Source: a bacterium (GTDB lineage Bacteria > Sysuimicrobiota > Sysuimicrobiia > Sysuimicrobiales > Kaftiobacteriaceae). Taken from it: a stretch of DNA of 64,000 bases. Shown piece after piece: positions 29,583 through 38,367 of the stretch (position 1 is its first letter; each line of letters begins with the position of its first letter). Under the pieces are notes generated by a model that searched no databases, was not told the origin of the DNA, and saw only the letters and a program-made list of their open reading frames with translations. The stretch lies in assembly GCA_044868695.1 (NCBI GenBank), contig JBIOWP010000053.1:35103-99102 (forward strand). The letters run 5' to 3'. Made by a program: the position numbers and the translations under genes.

Positions 29583-30821
29583 ATGCGGGGCCACATCCTG
29601 GTCGTGAATCAGTACTTCCCCCCTGACGTGGCGTCGACGGGTCTCCTGGCCGCCGAGATCAGCGCCGCCGTGGCGGCGCAAGGGGTGCAGGTCACGGTCG
29701 TTGCAGGTCAGCCCAGCTATACGTCGGACGCCACCGAGGCACCCGCGGTGGAAACGCAGGGCAATGTGTGCATACGGCGACTCTCCCTCGGCTCAGCGCG
29801 CGGGCGGGAGCGAATGCCCACACGCCTGGAGGGCTACGCCCGATTCCTCTGGGAGGCCCGGCGTGTCTGCGACGGCCTCGCGAGGTCGACACGTCTCGAC
29901 GCCGTCGTCACGTTTCACAATCCTCCACTCGTCGGACTCATCGGAGCGCGCCTCGCTGCAGCGTACCACCTCCCATACACCTATGTGCTGTTCGACATCC
30001 ACCCGGATGTGTTGAAGGCGGCGGGATGGCCGCGGCTGCCCTGGCCCGTGCTCACGGGATGGGATTCACTGCATCGGCGTGTGCTATCCGCGGCCGGCGC
30101 GATCGTCGTGCATGGCGAGAGTATGCGGACCGTGCTGATTCGCGACAAAGGGATCGCGGCGGACAAGGTTCACGCCGTTCCGATGTGGGGACACCCGGAA
30201 CTTACCCCGGCCCCCAGGGTGAAACAGATTCGTGACTCGTTGGGCATTGATGACGACGTCCTCCTGCTGGTCTTCGCAGGAAATGTGGGCATCATGCACC
30301 CTGTAGATGCGATCCTTGATGCCGCCGTCCGCCTCAGAGGTGCTCCGGTTCGGTTCGCGCTCGTCGGAGGAGGAGTCAGGCGACAGGCACTCGTTGCCCG
30401 CGTCGCCGCGCAACGCCTTGATAACGTCACTGTGCTTTCCTACCTGCCCGAGCAGGAATTCAGGAGACTGATCCAGAGCGCGGACGCCTGCGTCGTGACA
30501 TTGATGTCTGGGCTCGAGAGGCTGGCGGTGCCGTCGAGGGCGTTTGCGTTTCTATCCGCCGGAAAGCCCGTTCTGGCGGTCATGCCCGGGGAGTCGGACA
30601 TCGGTCGCCTGTGCCTCGAAGGCTGCGGGTGGGTGGTCCGCGACGGAGGACAACTGGAAGACGCCGTGCGCCATCTTCTCGCCAATCGAGACGAGCTCGA
30701 GCGCCGTGGCAGGACCGCAGTGGAGATCTACCAGGAGAGGTTCAGGAAGGACCGTGGGCTCGAACAGTACGTCAACGTGATCTTGAGCAATAGCCGCGCC
30801 CCCTGTGGCCGTGCGGCGTAG
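29583..30821 (+). CDS. Glycosyltransferase family 4 (WcaI/WbuB-like)
   Basis: NQYFPPD, DIHPD, AGNVG, VPSR...AGKPV. Confidence 0.85.
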   Translation: MRGHILVVNQYFPPDVASTGLLAAEISAAVAAQGVQVTVVAGQPSYTSDATEAPAVETQGNVCIRRLSLGSARGRERMPTRLEGYARFLWEARRVCDGLARSTRLDAVVTFHNPPLVGLIGARLAAAYHLPYTYVLFDIHPDVLKAAGWPRLPWPVLTGWDSLHRRVLSAAGAIVVHGESMRTVLIRDKGIAADKVHAVPMWGHPELTPAPRVKQIRDSLGIDDDVLLLVFAGNVGIMHPVDAILDAAVRLRGAPVRFALVGGGVRRQALVARVAAQRLDNVTVLSYLPEQEFRRLIQSADACVVTLMSGLERLAVPSRAFAFLSAGKPVLAVMPGESDIGRLCLEGCGWVVRDGGQLEDAVRHLLANRDELERRGRTAVEIYQERFRKDRGLEQYVNVILSNSRAPCGRAA

Positions 30822-30833
30822 GAATCAACGGCG

Positions 30834-31490
30834 ATGGCCGTACTCTCCGAACGACTGACCAGCGCCATCCCACGTGACGCCAGGGCGGACAGGGGCGAGG
30901 CCGCACGCGCCTTTCGTGCCGCCAAGCGGGTGGCAGACGTGTTCATCGCCCTGGCTGGGACGCTCCTCACCGCGCTGCTGTTTCCGCTCATCGCGATTGC
31001 ACAGGCCATTGATGGACCTGGCCCCGTCCTGTACCGGCAGGTGAGGGTCGGCAAGAACGGGAGGCACTTTGTGCTGTACAAGTTCCGCAGCATGCGCCCG
31101 GATGCCGAAGCGGGCGGTCCCCAGTGGGCGGCAGAGAGCGACGGACGGACGATTCGCGTCGGACGGCTGCTCAGGAGGCTGCACCTCGACGAGGTCCCCC
31201 AATCCATCAACATCCTTCGGGGAGAGATGAGCTTCATTGGCCCGCGGCCCGAGCGTCCGGAGTTCGTCCAGGTCCTCGAGCAGGAGTTCCCTTCCTACTG
31301 CGCCAGGCATGCGGTCCTCCCGGGTGTCACCGGGTGGGCTCAGGTGAACTACCACTACGGAGCGTCTGTCGGCGATGCTCTTGTCAAGTTGCGGTACGAT
31401 CTGTACTACGTGAATCACGCCTCTCTCTCGCTCGATCTCGTCATCCTGGCAAGGACGCCGAGCATGGTCCTCAACCTCGAGGGACGGTAA
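30834..31490 (+). CDS. Priming polyprenyl-phosphate sugar transferase (WcaJ/WbaP C-terminal domain)
   Basis: KFRSM, LDEVPQ..NILRGEMSFIGPRPE, PGVTGWAQV, DLYYV. Confidence 0.92.
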   Translation: MAVLSERLTSAIPRDARADRGEAARAFRAAKRVADVFIALAGTLLTALLFPLIAIAQAIDGPGPVLYRQVRVGKNGRHFVLYKFRSMRPDAEAGGPQWAAESDGRTIRVGRLLRRLHLDEVPQSINILRGEMSFIGPRPERPEFVQVLEQEFPSYCARHAVLPGVTGWAQVNYHYGASVGDALVKLRYDLYYVNHASLSLDLVILARTPSMVLNLEGR

Positions 31491-31520
31491 CGACATCGGG
31501 TTGGTCCTCCGGTATCCTCC

Positions 31521-33209
31521 GTGTCTACATACACCGTACGGCTGACGCTCCGCCTTCTGTTCATTGGAGCCGGAGTGCTGTTCGCGGCATTCGCGCTGTG
31601 GCTGGTGCAGGGCGGTCCCGCACACATCCCGTCCGACGCCGCATCGGAGTCGGCACGCGCTGCTGACCGGCCGGAGCCTCCGCGCGTCTTTGTGGATACG
31701 ACGTATGTTCGCCCCGCGGGACGGACCGTCACAGTGCCGGCCGGCGGGGACTTGCAGGCCGCCCTCAATGCCGCCCGACCCGGTGATGTGGTCGTGCTGC
31801 CAGCCGGCGCCACGTTCTCCGGCAACTTCAACGTGCCTCGGAAGGTCGGTCCCGGATGGATTTACGTGGAGTCCTCTGCAATCGCGAGCCTCCCGGCCTC
31901 GGGGACCCGCGTCGCGCCGGGCCATGCCCCGCGGATGCCGAGGATCATCAGTCCGAACGCATCGCCCGCCGTGCGAACCGCCTCCGGCGCCCATCACATC
32001 CGGTTCGTCGGCGTCGAGATGACCACGACCTGGGCCACGACGAACGGCCAGATCCACACTGTCGTCGACTTGACAGGAAGTACGGACATCACCATCGACC
32101 GCTGCTACATTCACGGTACGCCCACGGGCAATGTTCGGCACGGCGTGCTGGCGAACGGCGCATCGCTTGCCGTGGTTGATTCCTACATCTCTGACATCCA
32201 CCATCTCGTCCCTGGATATGATGCCGCGGCTATCTGGGCCTGGAACGGTCCTGGACCGTTCAAGATCGTGAACAACTACCTTGAAGCGTCAGCGGTCAAT
32301 CTATTCTTTGGCGGCGAAGGACCCACCGTCCCCAATCTGGTCCCATCCGACATCGAGATACGCGGCAACTACTTGTTCAAGCCGCTTTCGTGGAGAGCGG
32401 GGGATCCCACGTTCGGCGGCATCGCCTGGAATGTCAAGAACCTGTTCGAACTCAAGAACGCCCGCCGGGTCCTGGTCGAAGGGAACGTGTTCGAGAACAA
32501 CTGGGCGCAGACCCAGGGCGGATTCGCTGTCGTGTTCACCCCCCGGAACCAAAACGGCACCGCGCCGTGGTCTGCCGTGGAGGATGTGACGTTCGTCCGC
32601 AACATCATCCGGCGCAGCACCGCGGGACTGAACCTCCTCGGCTGGGACGACATTGAGTCCGTAAGGACACCGCTGCAGCGCGTCCTCATCCGCGACAACC
32701 TCTTGCTGGAGATCGGGGCGTTTCCGGATACCGCGTATCAGGGCACGTTCACCGGCGTGCTGTTTCTCATCCAGGACGGGCCGCGAGACCTGGTCATTGA
32801 CCACAACACGGGTATTCAGACGGACAGCCCGATTTTGGTTGCGACGCAGGCTTCGGGCCGGTGGCCGGCTGTGCACTTCGTGTTCACAAACAACATTGCT
32901 CCCAGCGTTCGGAACGTACGAGAAGTGGAACCTCGAACGCCGCTGGATCTGTTGGCGACGTATTTCCCCGGTTATGTCTTTGCGCGCAACGCGCTGGTGG
33001 GGGGCAATCCCTTGGCGTACCCGCCCGAGAACTTCTTCCCTGCCTCGCTTGGCGCGGTGGGTCTCGTCAACCCGGCGGCCGGCGACTATCGCCTCGCGGC
33101 CGGGAGTCCGTATAGAGGTCAGGGCACCGATGGAAAGGACCTCGGTGCCGACCTCAGCGCCATCGCAGCCGCGATCCCTTCGTGGTTGCAGATAAGAACG
33201 CGCCCATAA
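31521..33209 (+). CDS. Membrane-anchored/secreted beta-helix protein
   Basis: N-terminal hydrophobic segment; WNGPGPFKIVNNYLE, KNLFELKNARRVLVEGN; paralog. Confidence 0.65.
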   Translation: MSTYTVRLTLRLLFIGAGVLFAAFALWLVQGGPAHIPSDAASESARAADRPEPPRVFVDTTYVRPAGRTVTVPAGGDLQAALNAARPGDVVVLPAGATFSGNFNVPRKVGPGWIYVESSAIASLPASGTRVAPGHAPRMPRIISPNASPAVRTASGAHHIRFVGVEMTTTWATTNGQIHTVVDLTGSTDITIDRCYIHGTPTGNVRHGVLANGASLAVVDSYISDIHHLVPGYDAAAIWAWNGPGPFKIVNNYLEASAVNLFFGGEGPTVPNLVPSDIEIRGNYLFKPLSWRAGDPTFGGIAWNVKNLFELKNARRVLVEGNVFENNWAQTQGGFAVVFTPRNQNGTAPWSAVEDVTFVRNIIRRSTAGLNLLGWDDIESVRTPLQRVLIRDNLLLEIGAFPDTAYQGTFTGVLFLIQDGPRDLVIDHNTGIQTDSPILVATQASGRWPAVHFVFTNNIAPSVRNVREVEPRTPLDLLATYFPGYVFARNALVGGNPLAYPPENFFPASLGAVGLVNPAAGDYRLAAGSPYRGQGTDGKDLGADLSAIAAAIPSWLQIRTRP

Positions 33210-33235
33210 GAGGGCGCCCCCGAGGTGCAGGAGGT

Positions 33236-34444
33236 ATGAGGATCCTCTTTGTCACATCACGCTCCCCATTTTCGCCGACACGCGGCGATACGCTGCGGGC
33301 GTATCATCAGATTCGCCTGTTGTCCAGACGCCATGACGTCACGCTGGTGGCTCCGCTGAATGGCGGAAACGGGCACTCTCGAGAGCATGCGCCGTGGGAA
33401 GTCCGATGCGATGCCGTTGAGCTTCCCTGGTCGCGCGCCTCCGGACTGCTGCGCGTGCTCAAGGCTCCATTCAGTCCACTTCCCATTCAAGTGCTGTATG
33501 TCTACCCGCCCCACACCACGACCCTCGTGTCACAGCTGGTGGCCACGAACCGGTTTGACCTCGTGCACGTCCATCTCGTCCGGATGGGGCCGGCGGTCGA
33601 CGTTGTGCACATGCCGTGCGTGCTGGACTATCAGGACGCGTTTTCACTGAACGCTGAACGGCGCGCCCGATTGGCTTCCGGCGTCTGGTCTCTTGCGCTC
33701 CGCCTGGAGGCGGCCCGGGTGCGGCGATATGAATGCGAGCTGGCACGAAAAGCGACCTTCTGCACCGTCACATCTGCCGACGATATGGCCGCTCTGGGCA
33801 ACCCGGCCAATTGCGTCGTTGTTCCCAACGGAGTGGAGCTGGATGCGTTCCGATTCCGATCCGAGCGTGCCGCCTGCTCGGACATCGTGTTCACAGGACG
33901 GATGAGTTATTATCCGAACGCCGATGCCGCCGAGTGGTTTGCCACCACGATTCTGCCGCAGGTTCGAGCCGCGGTTCCGGATGCGCGGTTCGTCGTTGTC
34001 GGGGCCGACCCCCCGAGACGGGTGCGGCGGCTCCGCAATCTTCCGGGCGTTGTCGTCACCGGCTATGTCCAAGACATGCACGAGCACCTAGCCAGCGCCG
34101 CGGTCGCCGTCGCTCCACTGCGATGCGCGACAGGCATTCAGAACAAGATTCTCGAGTCGATGGCGACAGGCATCCCAGTCGTCACGACGCCGGACGCGGT
34201 ACGAGCAATCGAGGTCACCTCGGGCCGCCATCTCTTGGTCGCGCGGACTGCAGGAGAATTTGCCGCGCAGGTCAGCCGCGCGCTGCGGGACAGGCCGTTC
34301 GCCGACCAGATCGCCCGCCAGGCACGGGCGCTCGTTGAAACGAGATACACATGGGAGCGCTCAGTCGGCGTGCTCGAGGGCGTGTACGACTCAGCGGTCG
34401 GGCGCAGCCGGGCAGAAGAGACGGCGCAATTGGCGCCGGTGTGA
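33236..34444 (+). CDS. Glycosyltransferase family 4
   Basis: GGAGG RBS then MRILF; FTGRMSYYPNADA, GIQNKILESMATGIPVV. Confidence 0.9.
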   Translation: MRILFVTSRSPFSPTRGDTLRAYHQIRLLSRRHDVTLVAPLNGGNGHSREHAPWEVRCDAVELPWSRASGLLRVLKAPFSPLPIQVLYVYPPHTTTLVSQLVATNRFDLVHVHLVRMGPAVDVVHMPCVLDYQDAFSLNAERRARLASGVWSLALRLEAARVRRYECELARKATFCTVTSADDMAALGNPANCVVVPNGVELDAFRFRSERAACSDIVFTGRMSYYPNADAAEWFATTILPQVRAAVPDARFVVVGADPPRRVRRLRNLPGVVVTGYVQDMHEHLASAAVAVAPLRCATGIQNKILESMATGIPVVTTPDAVRAIEVTSGRHLLVARTAGEFAAQVSRALRDRPFADQIARQARALVETRYTWERSVGVLEGVYDSAVGRSRAEETAQLAPV

Positions 34445-34519
34445 TGGATCGCGCCCGCCCGGGTCAGCCTCGATGAGGAGTGCCCTCGTCGAGGCCAACC
34501 CGGGCAGGGGGGCGTGTCG

Positions 34520-37500
34520 TTATTGTGCGACGAGCCGTAGCGCCGCGAAGCCGAAGTACTCCTGGTCGGCGGCGATGCGCAGAACGTGCTGGCCGGCGGT
34601 AAGTGCAATGCCGCCGGGACCGGCCCACTGGAAGGTGCTCCACGAACCGGTGTTGGGGGCCTGGATGGAGCTGGTGACCGTTGCACCGTCAATCTCGCCG
34701 TGCCAGCGGGGCGTGGGCGACCACCCCTGGTTGCTCACCAGGAGCTCGAGGCGATAGGTGCCGGTCGTGGCGACCTGGATCGTGTACTCGAGCCACTCGC
34801 CGGTCTGGAAGTTGAAGATGATCACGCCACCGTCGGGTTGCTGCCGGATGTCGACGCCGACGTCCGTGCGGTAGAAGCCGCCCTGGTTGCCGGCGGTGAG
34901 GTCGTGGTAGGCGACGCCCTCGCCGCCGTTGTCAAAGTCCTCGGCCTCGATCTGGCCCGGTGCTGCGGCGGGCGTCCCCTTGTAGGGGGTGCCCGAGATC
35001 CTGAACCGCAGGGCCGCGAAGCCGAAGTACTCCTGGTCGGCGACGATGCGCAGAACGTGCTGGCCGGCGGTAAGTGCAATGCCGCCGGGACCGGCCCACC
35101 GAAAGGTGTTCCACGAGCCGGTGTTGGGGACCTGGATGGAGCTGGTGACCGTTGCACCGTCAATCTCGGCGTGCCAGCGGGGCGTGGGCGACCACCCCTG
35201 GTTGCTCACCAGGAGTTCGAGGCGATAGGTGCCGGTCGTGGCGACCTGGATCGTGTACTCGAGCCACTCGCCGGTCTGGAAGTTGAAGACGATCACGCCA
35301 CCGTCGGATTGCTGCCGGATGTCGACGCCGACGTCCGTGCGGTAGAAGCCGCCCTGGTTGCCGGAGGTGAGGTCGTGGTAGGCGACGCCCTCGCCGCCGT
35401 TGTCAAAGTCCTCGGCCTCGATCTGGCCCGGCACCGAGGAGGGCGTGCTGGTGAACGGAGACTGGGTCGGGACAGCGACGGGCGCGGTCGTGACCGTGAA
35501 ATCACCCGAGACCGCGGCGTTTCCGGCCGCGTCTGCGGACCGCACACGGTAGTGATAGATGGTCGCCGGCGTCAGACCACCGAGGGTGACCGCATGTGCG
35601 GTGATCATGTTCGTCGCGAGCGGAGTCGCGCTGCCGTAGCTTGTCGACACTCCGTACTCAACCTGCGAATCGCTCGCCTCACCGGTCGTCCAGGTGATGC
35701 CGGCGCCGGACGACGTGACGGATGAGGCGGCGACCGAAGAAATGACCGGAGGCGTGGTGTCCGCCGCGACGTTGCTCACCGTGACCGTAATCGCCGGGGA
35801 TATGCCCTGATTGCCCGCTCCGTCACGCGCCATCGCGGTGAGCGAGTATGAGCCGTTGCTGACCGTGGCCGTGTCCCAGGAGATCGAGTACGAGTTGGTC
35901 GTGTCCTCGGCGCCGTAGTTGGCACCGTTGACCCTGAACTGCACTCCAACGACGCTCGTATTGTCCGTGGCGGTCGCAGAGATCGTGACCGTCCCGGAGA
36001 CTGTCCCAGCGAGCGGAGAGGTCAGCGTGACTGCCGGCGGGGTGCTGTCCGCAGGGGTCGAACCTGTGCCGCTGATCGCCGTGGCCGTCGCGGCCGCGAG
36101 GGCGTCGATATCGGCGCCCGGGTCCTTGCCATCGAGGCCAAGATACTTGTACGGGCTCGCCACTGACAGGCGATAGTCGCCGGCGGCATAGCTGACGAAG
36201 CCGACCAGGTCGAGCGTAGTCGGGAGGAAGTTGTCGACCGGGTAGCCCGTCGCCGCCGCTCCGACCAGCGCGTTCCTGGCGAACACGGCGTCGGGGAAGT
36301 ACGTGCTGAATGTTGCTGACGGCGTGCTGGTCCCGTCGCCGCGCACCCCGTTGTTGTTGAGCACGATATTGTTCGTGTAGGTCAGCCGCGGCGCCGCCCC
36401 GTACTGTCCATACAGCGGCGATGCGGTGTGGAAGGCGGTGTTGTGGTCGATGGTGACGTCCTCGGGACGGTTCTTCAGGTCGAACAACATCCCCGTGAAG
36501 AAGCCCCAGACGACGTCCGGGAACGCCCCGATCTCGAGCAGCAGGTTATCCTTGACCAGCACCCGCCGAAGCGGCTCCTGGTTCGATTGGATGTCGTCCC
36601 AGCCCAGGAAGAAAATCCCACCTGTGGCGCGTCTGATGACGTTGCGGACGAATGTCACGTCGCGCACGGTCGCCCAGGGGTTGCCGCCGTACTGGTTGCG
36701 GGGGGTGAATTGGACACCAAAGCCGCCCTGGCTGTTCATGTTGCCCGTCCAGCTGTTCTCGAAGATGTTGCCCTCGATCAACACGCGCTGAGCGTTTTTG
36801 AGTTCAAAGATGTTCTTGACGACCCAGTTGACGCCGGCGTACGAGGGATCCCCGACTTTCCACGACAGCGGCTTGAAGAGGTAGTTGCCGCGGATCTCGA
36901 TGTCTGAGGGCATGTTCGCAGAGCTGCTGGCGTCGGTGCCGCCGAAGAACAGGTTGACGCCCGATCCCTCCAGGTAGTTGTTCACGAACTTGAAGGGACC
37001 GGGCCCGTTGAATCCCCAAATGGCCGAGGAGTCGAACTGGCGGTGATGCCACTCGGAGAGGTAGGAGTCGATGACCGCCGTTCGCCTGCCGTTCACCATG
37101 ACCCCCGTCCGGGCGTCCTGCCCGGGTCGCGCGTGAATGTAGCAGCGGTCGAAGACGATGTCGGTGCCGTTGACGTCGAGCAGGGTCAGGACGGAGCCGC
37201 TGACCGGCGTGATGAATTCAACACCGATGAAGCGGTAGTGGTGGGCGCCCGATCCCATCCCCAGCGCTGGGTTGCCCACGACTTTCGGCATGAGCGCCGC
37301 CTGCGCGGGCGTCACGCGAATGCCTGGGACAGGCAGGCTGCTGAGCGCTGAGGACTGGATGTAGATCCATCCGGTGCCGCTCGTCACGGGCAGGGTGAAG
37401 TTGCCCGCGTACGTGGCCCCCGCCTGGAGGACGATGACGCTCCCCGGCTGGGCTGTGTTGAGCGCGCCCTGGAAATCCCCGCCGGCAGGCACGGAGATGG

Positions 37501-37669
37501 TCGGCCCCGTTGGAGGCGCGTAGGTAGTGTCGAGGTAGATGCGGGGGAGCTCGGGCAATGTGGCCGCTTGCGCGACAGACTGCAGGGGGCCGACGAGCGT
37601 GACCGCGGCTGAGACGATCAACATCGCGGGCAGAACTGCGCGAACGACATACCTCCGGACATGAAACAT
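34520..37669 (-). CDS. Large secreted protein: beta-helix domain + Ig-like + FN3-like + two CBM6-like domains
   Basis: Signal peptide ending AQA; beta-helix paralog; WTTGEASDSQVEYG FN3-like; 2x IEAEDFDNGGEGVAYHD...GEWLEYTI. Confidence 0.8.
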   Translation of the reverse strand: MFHVRRYVVRAVLPAMLIVSAAVTLVGPLQSVAQAATLPELPRIYLDTTYAPPTGPTISVPAGGDFQGALNTAQPGSVIVLQAGATYAGNFTLPVTSGTGWIYIQSSALSSLPVPGIRVTPAQAALMPKVVGNPALGMGSGAHHYRFIGVEFITPVSGSVLTLLDVNGTDIVFDRCYIHARPGQDARTGVMVNGRRTAVIDSYLSEWHHRQFDSSAIWGFNGPGPFKFVNNYLEGSGVNLFFGGTDASSSANMPSDIEIRGNYLFKPLSWKVGDPSYAGVNWVVKNIFELKNAQRVLIEGNIFENSWTGNMNSQGGFGVQFTPRNQYGGNPWATVRDVTFVRNVIRRATGGIFFLGWDDIQSNQEPLRRVLVKDNLLLEIGAFPDVVWGFFTGMLFDLKNRPEDVTIDHNTAFHTASPLYGQYGAAPRLTYTNNIVLNNNGVRGDGTSTPSATFSTYFPDAVFARNALVGAAATGYPVDNFLPTTLDLVGFVSYAAGDYRLSVASPYKYLGLDGKDPGADIDALAAATATAISGTGSTPADSTPPAVTLTSPLAGTVSGTVTISATATDNTSVVGVQFRVNGANYGAEDTTNSYSISWDTATVSNGSYSLTAMARDGAGNQGISPAITVTVSNVAADTTPPVISSVAASSVTSSGAGITWTTGEASDSQVEYGVSTSYGSATPLATNMITAHAVTLGGLTPATIYHYRVRSADAAGNAAVSGDFTVTTAPVAVPTQSPFTSTPSSVPGQIEAEDFDNGGEGVAYHDLTSGNQGGFYRTDVGVDIRQQSDGGVIVFNFQTGEWLEYTIQVATTGTYRLELLVSNQGWSPTPRWHAEIDGATVTSSIQVPNTGSWNTFRWAGPGGIALTAGQHVLRIVADQEYFGFAALRFRISGTPYKGTPAAAPGQIEAEDFDNGGEGVAYHDLTAGNQGGFYRTDVGVDIRQQPDGGVIIFNFQTGEWLEYTIQVATTGTYRLELLVSNQGWSPTPRWHGEIDGATVTSSIQAPNTGSWSTFQWAGPGGIALTAGQHVLRIAADQEYFGFAALRLVAQ
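34542..35431. repeat. Near-identical tandem duplication of about 420 bp (34542-34960 and 35013-35431, period 471) encoding two CBM6-like domains
   Basis: Direct nucleotide comparison shows only scattered substitutions. Confidence 0.95.
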
Positions 37670-37721
37670 GGCGGTCTCCTTTTGCGGAAGACCACCACTC
37701 CGGGGGGACCCAAAAACACAA

Positions 37722-37810
37722 CCCCTTCTTCGGTAGCCCGGCTGTCAGAAGGACCTGACCCGTGGCTTTGCGTCCCCGTCTCGCGACGGGTTTGCGTTTT
37801 CGGAAAGAGG
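37722..37810 (-). ncRNA. c-di-GMP-I (GEMM-I) class riboswitch aptamer, variant
   Basis: Minus strand reads CCGAAAAC-GCAAACCCGUC-GCGA-GACGGGGACGC-AAAGCCACGGGUC...GACAGCCGGGCUACCG; GNRA-capped P2, GGACGCAAAGCC core and 3' CUACCG; in 5' UTR of 37669 gene. Confidence 0.9.
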
Positions 37811-37892
37811 TCTATCCGCTGCTATTCGATTTACCGGTCAATTCACGGGGCCGACACCCAACGATTTGAGGTGTTTACCCTATGAACGTATC

Positions 37893-37907
37893 CGGCATTT
37901 ACCTTGC
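37893..37907 (+). promoter_or_regulatory. Putative sigma54 -24/-12 promoter
   Basis: CGGCAT-TTACC-TTGC (GG-N10-GC), upstream of wHTH gene. Confidence 0.55.
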
Positions 37908-37980
37908 TATCTCATCATGGAAACACCTGACTGTCAACCGCAACTGGAGTTCGTATAACAGCTAGTTGTTTCCACCTTCC

Positions 37981-38262
37981 ATGAGGGTTACAAAACGAGA
38001 ATTGTTGGCACATTTGTCCCGAGCGGGTGAGGCGGATGCCCGTGATATCGCACGTGTGTTTGGTGTCCAGTACTCGGTCGCCGCGATGGGGTTGCTTCGT
38101 CTGGCCCGCCAGGGGTTGGTCAACCGGAGTCGGCCCATCGAAGGAGAAGCGTATCGATACACCCTCTCAGAACGTGGCCAATCTCGCCTGACCTATCTGT
38201 TGGAGCGCTCCAACGCAATGGATGAGCCAGATCCGATCAGTCGCACCGGGCCTGTAGAATAA
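37981..38262 (+). CDS. Small winged-helix (MarR-like) DNA-binding protein
   Basis: DIARVFGV..S.....LLRLARQGLV...YRYTLSERG wHTH pattern. Confidence 0.75.
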   Translation: MRVTKRELLAHLSRAGEADARDIARVFGVQYSVAAMGLLRLARQGLVNRSRPIEGEAYRYTLSERGQSRLTYLLERSNAMDEPDPISRTGPVE

Positions 38263-38283
38263 GCGCCCGCGCGCGATACCGTT

Positions 38284-38328
38284 CAGCCCAGCGCCACGGA
38301 GTTCATTCCGTGGCGCTGGGCTGTTTTT
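38284..38328 (+). terminator. Intrinsic terminator
   Basis: Perfect 17-bp stem CAGCCCAGCGCCACGGA/TCCGTGGCGCTGGGCTG followed by TTTTT. Confidence 0.85.
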
Positions 38329-38367
38329 GCGAGCGGATTTCTTCCCCCGCGTCGAAGAGTACGAGCC

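Noticed and set aside
20729..37669. PEP-CTERM/exosortase sorting of the secreted proteins
   Set aside because: Several EPS genes resemble exosortase-associated families, but no PEP-CTERM tail or exosortase gene is visible in the window
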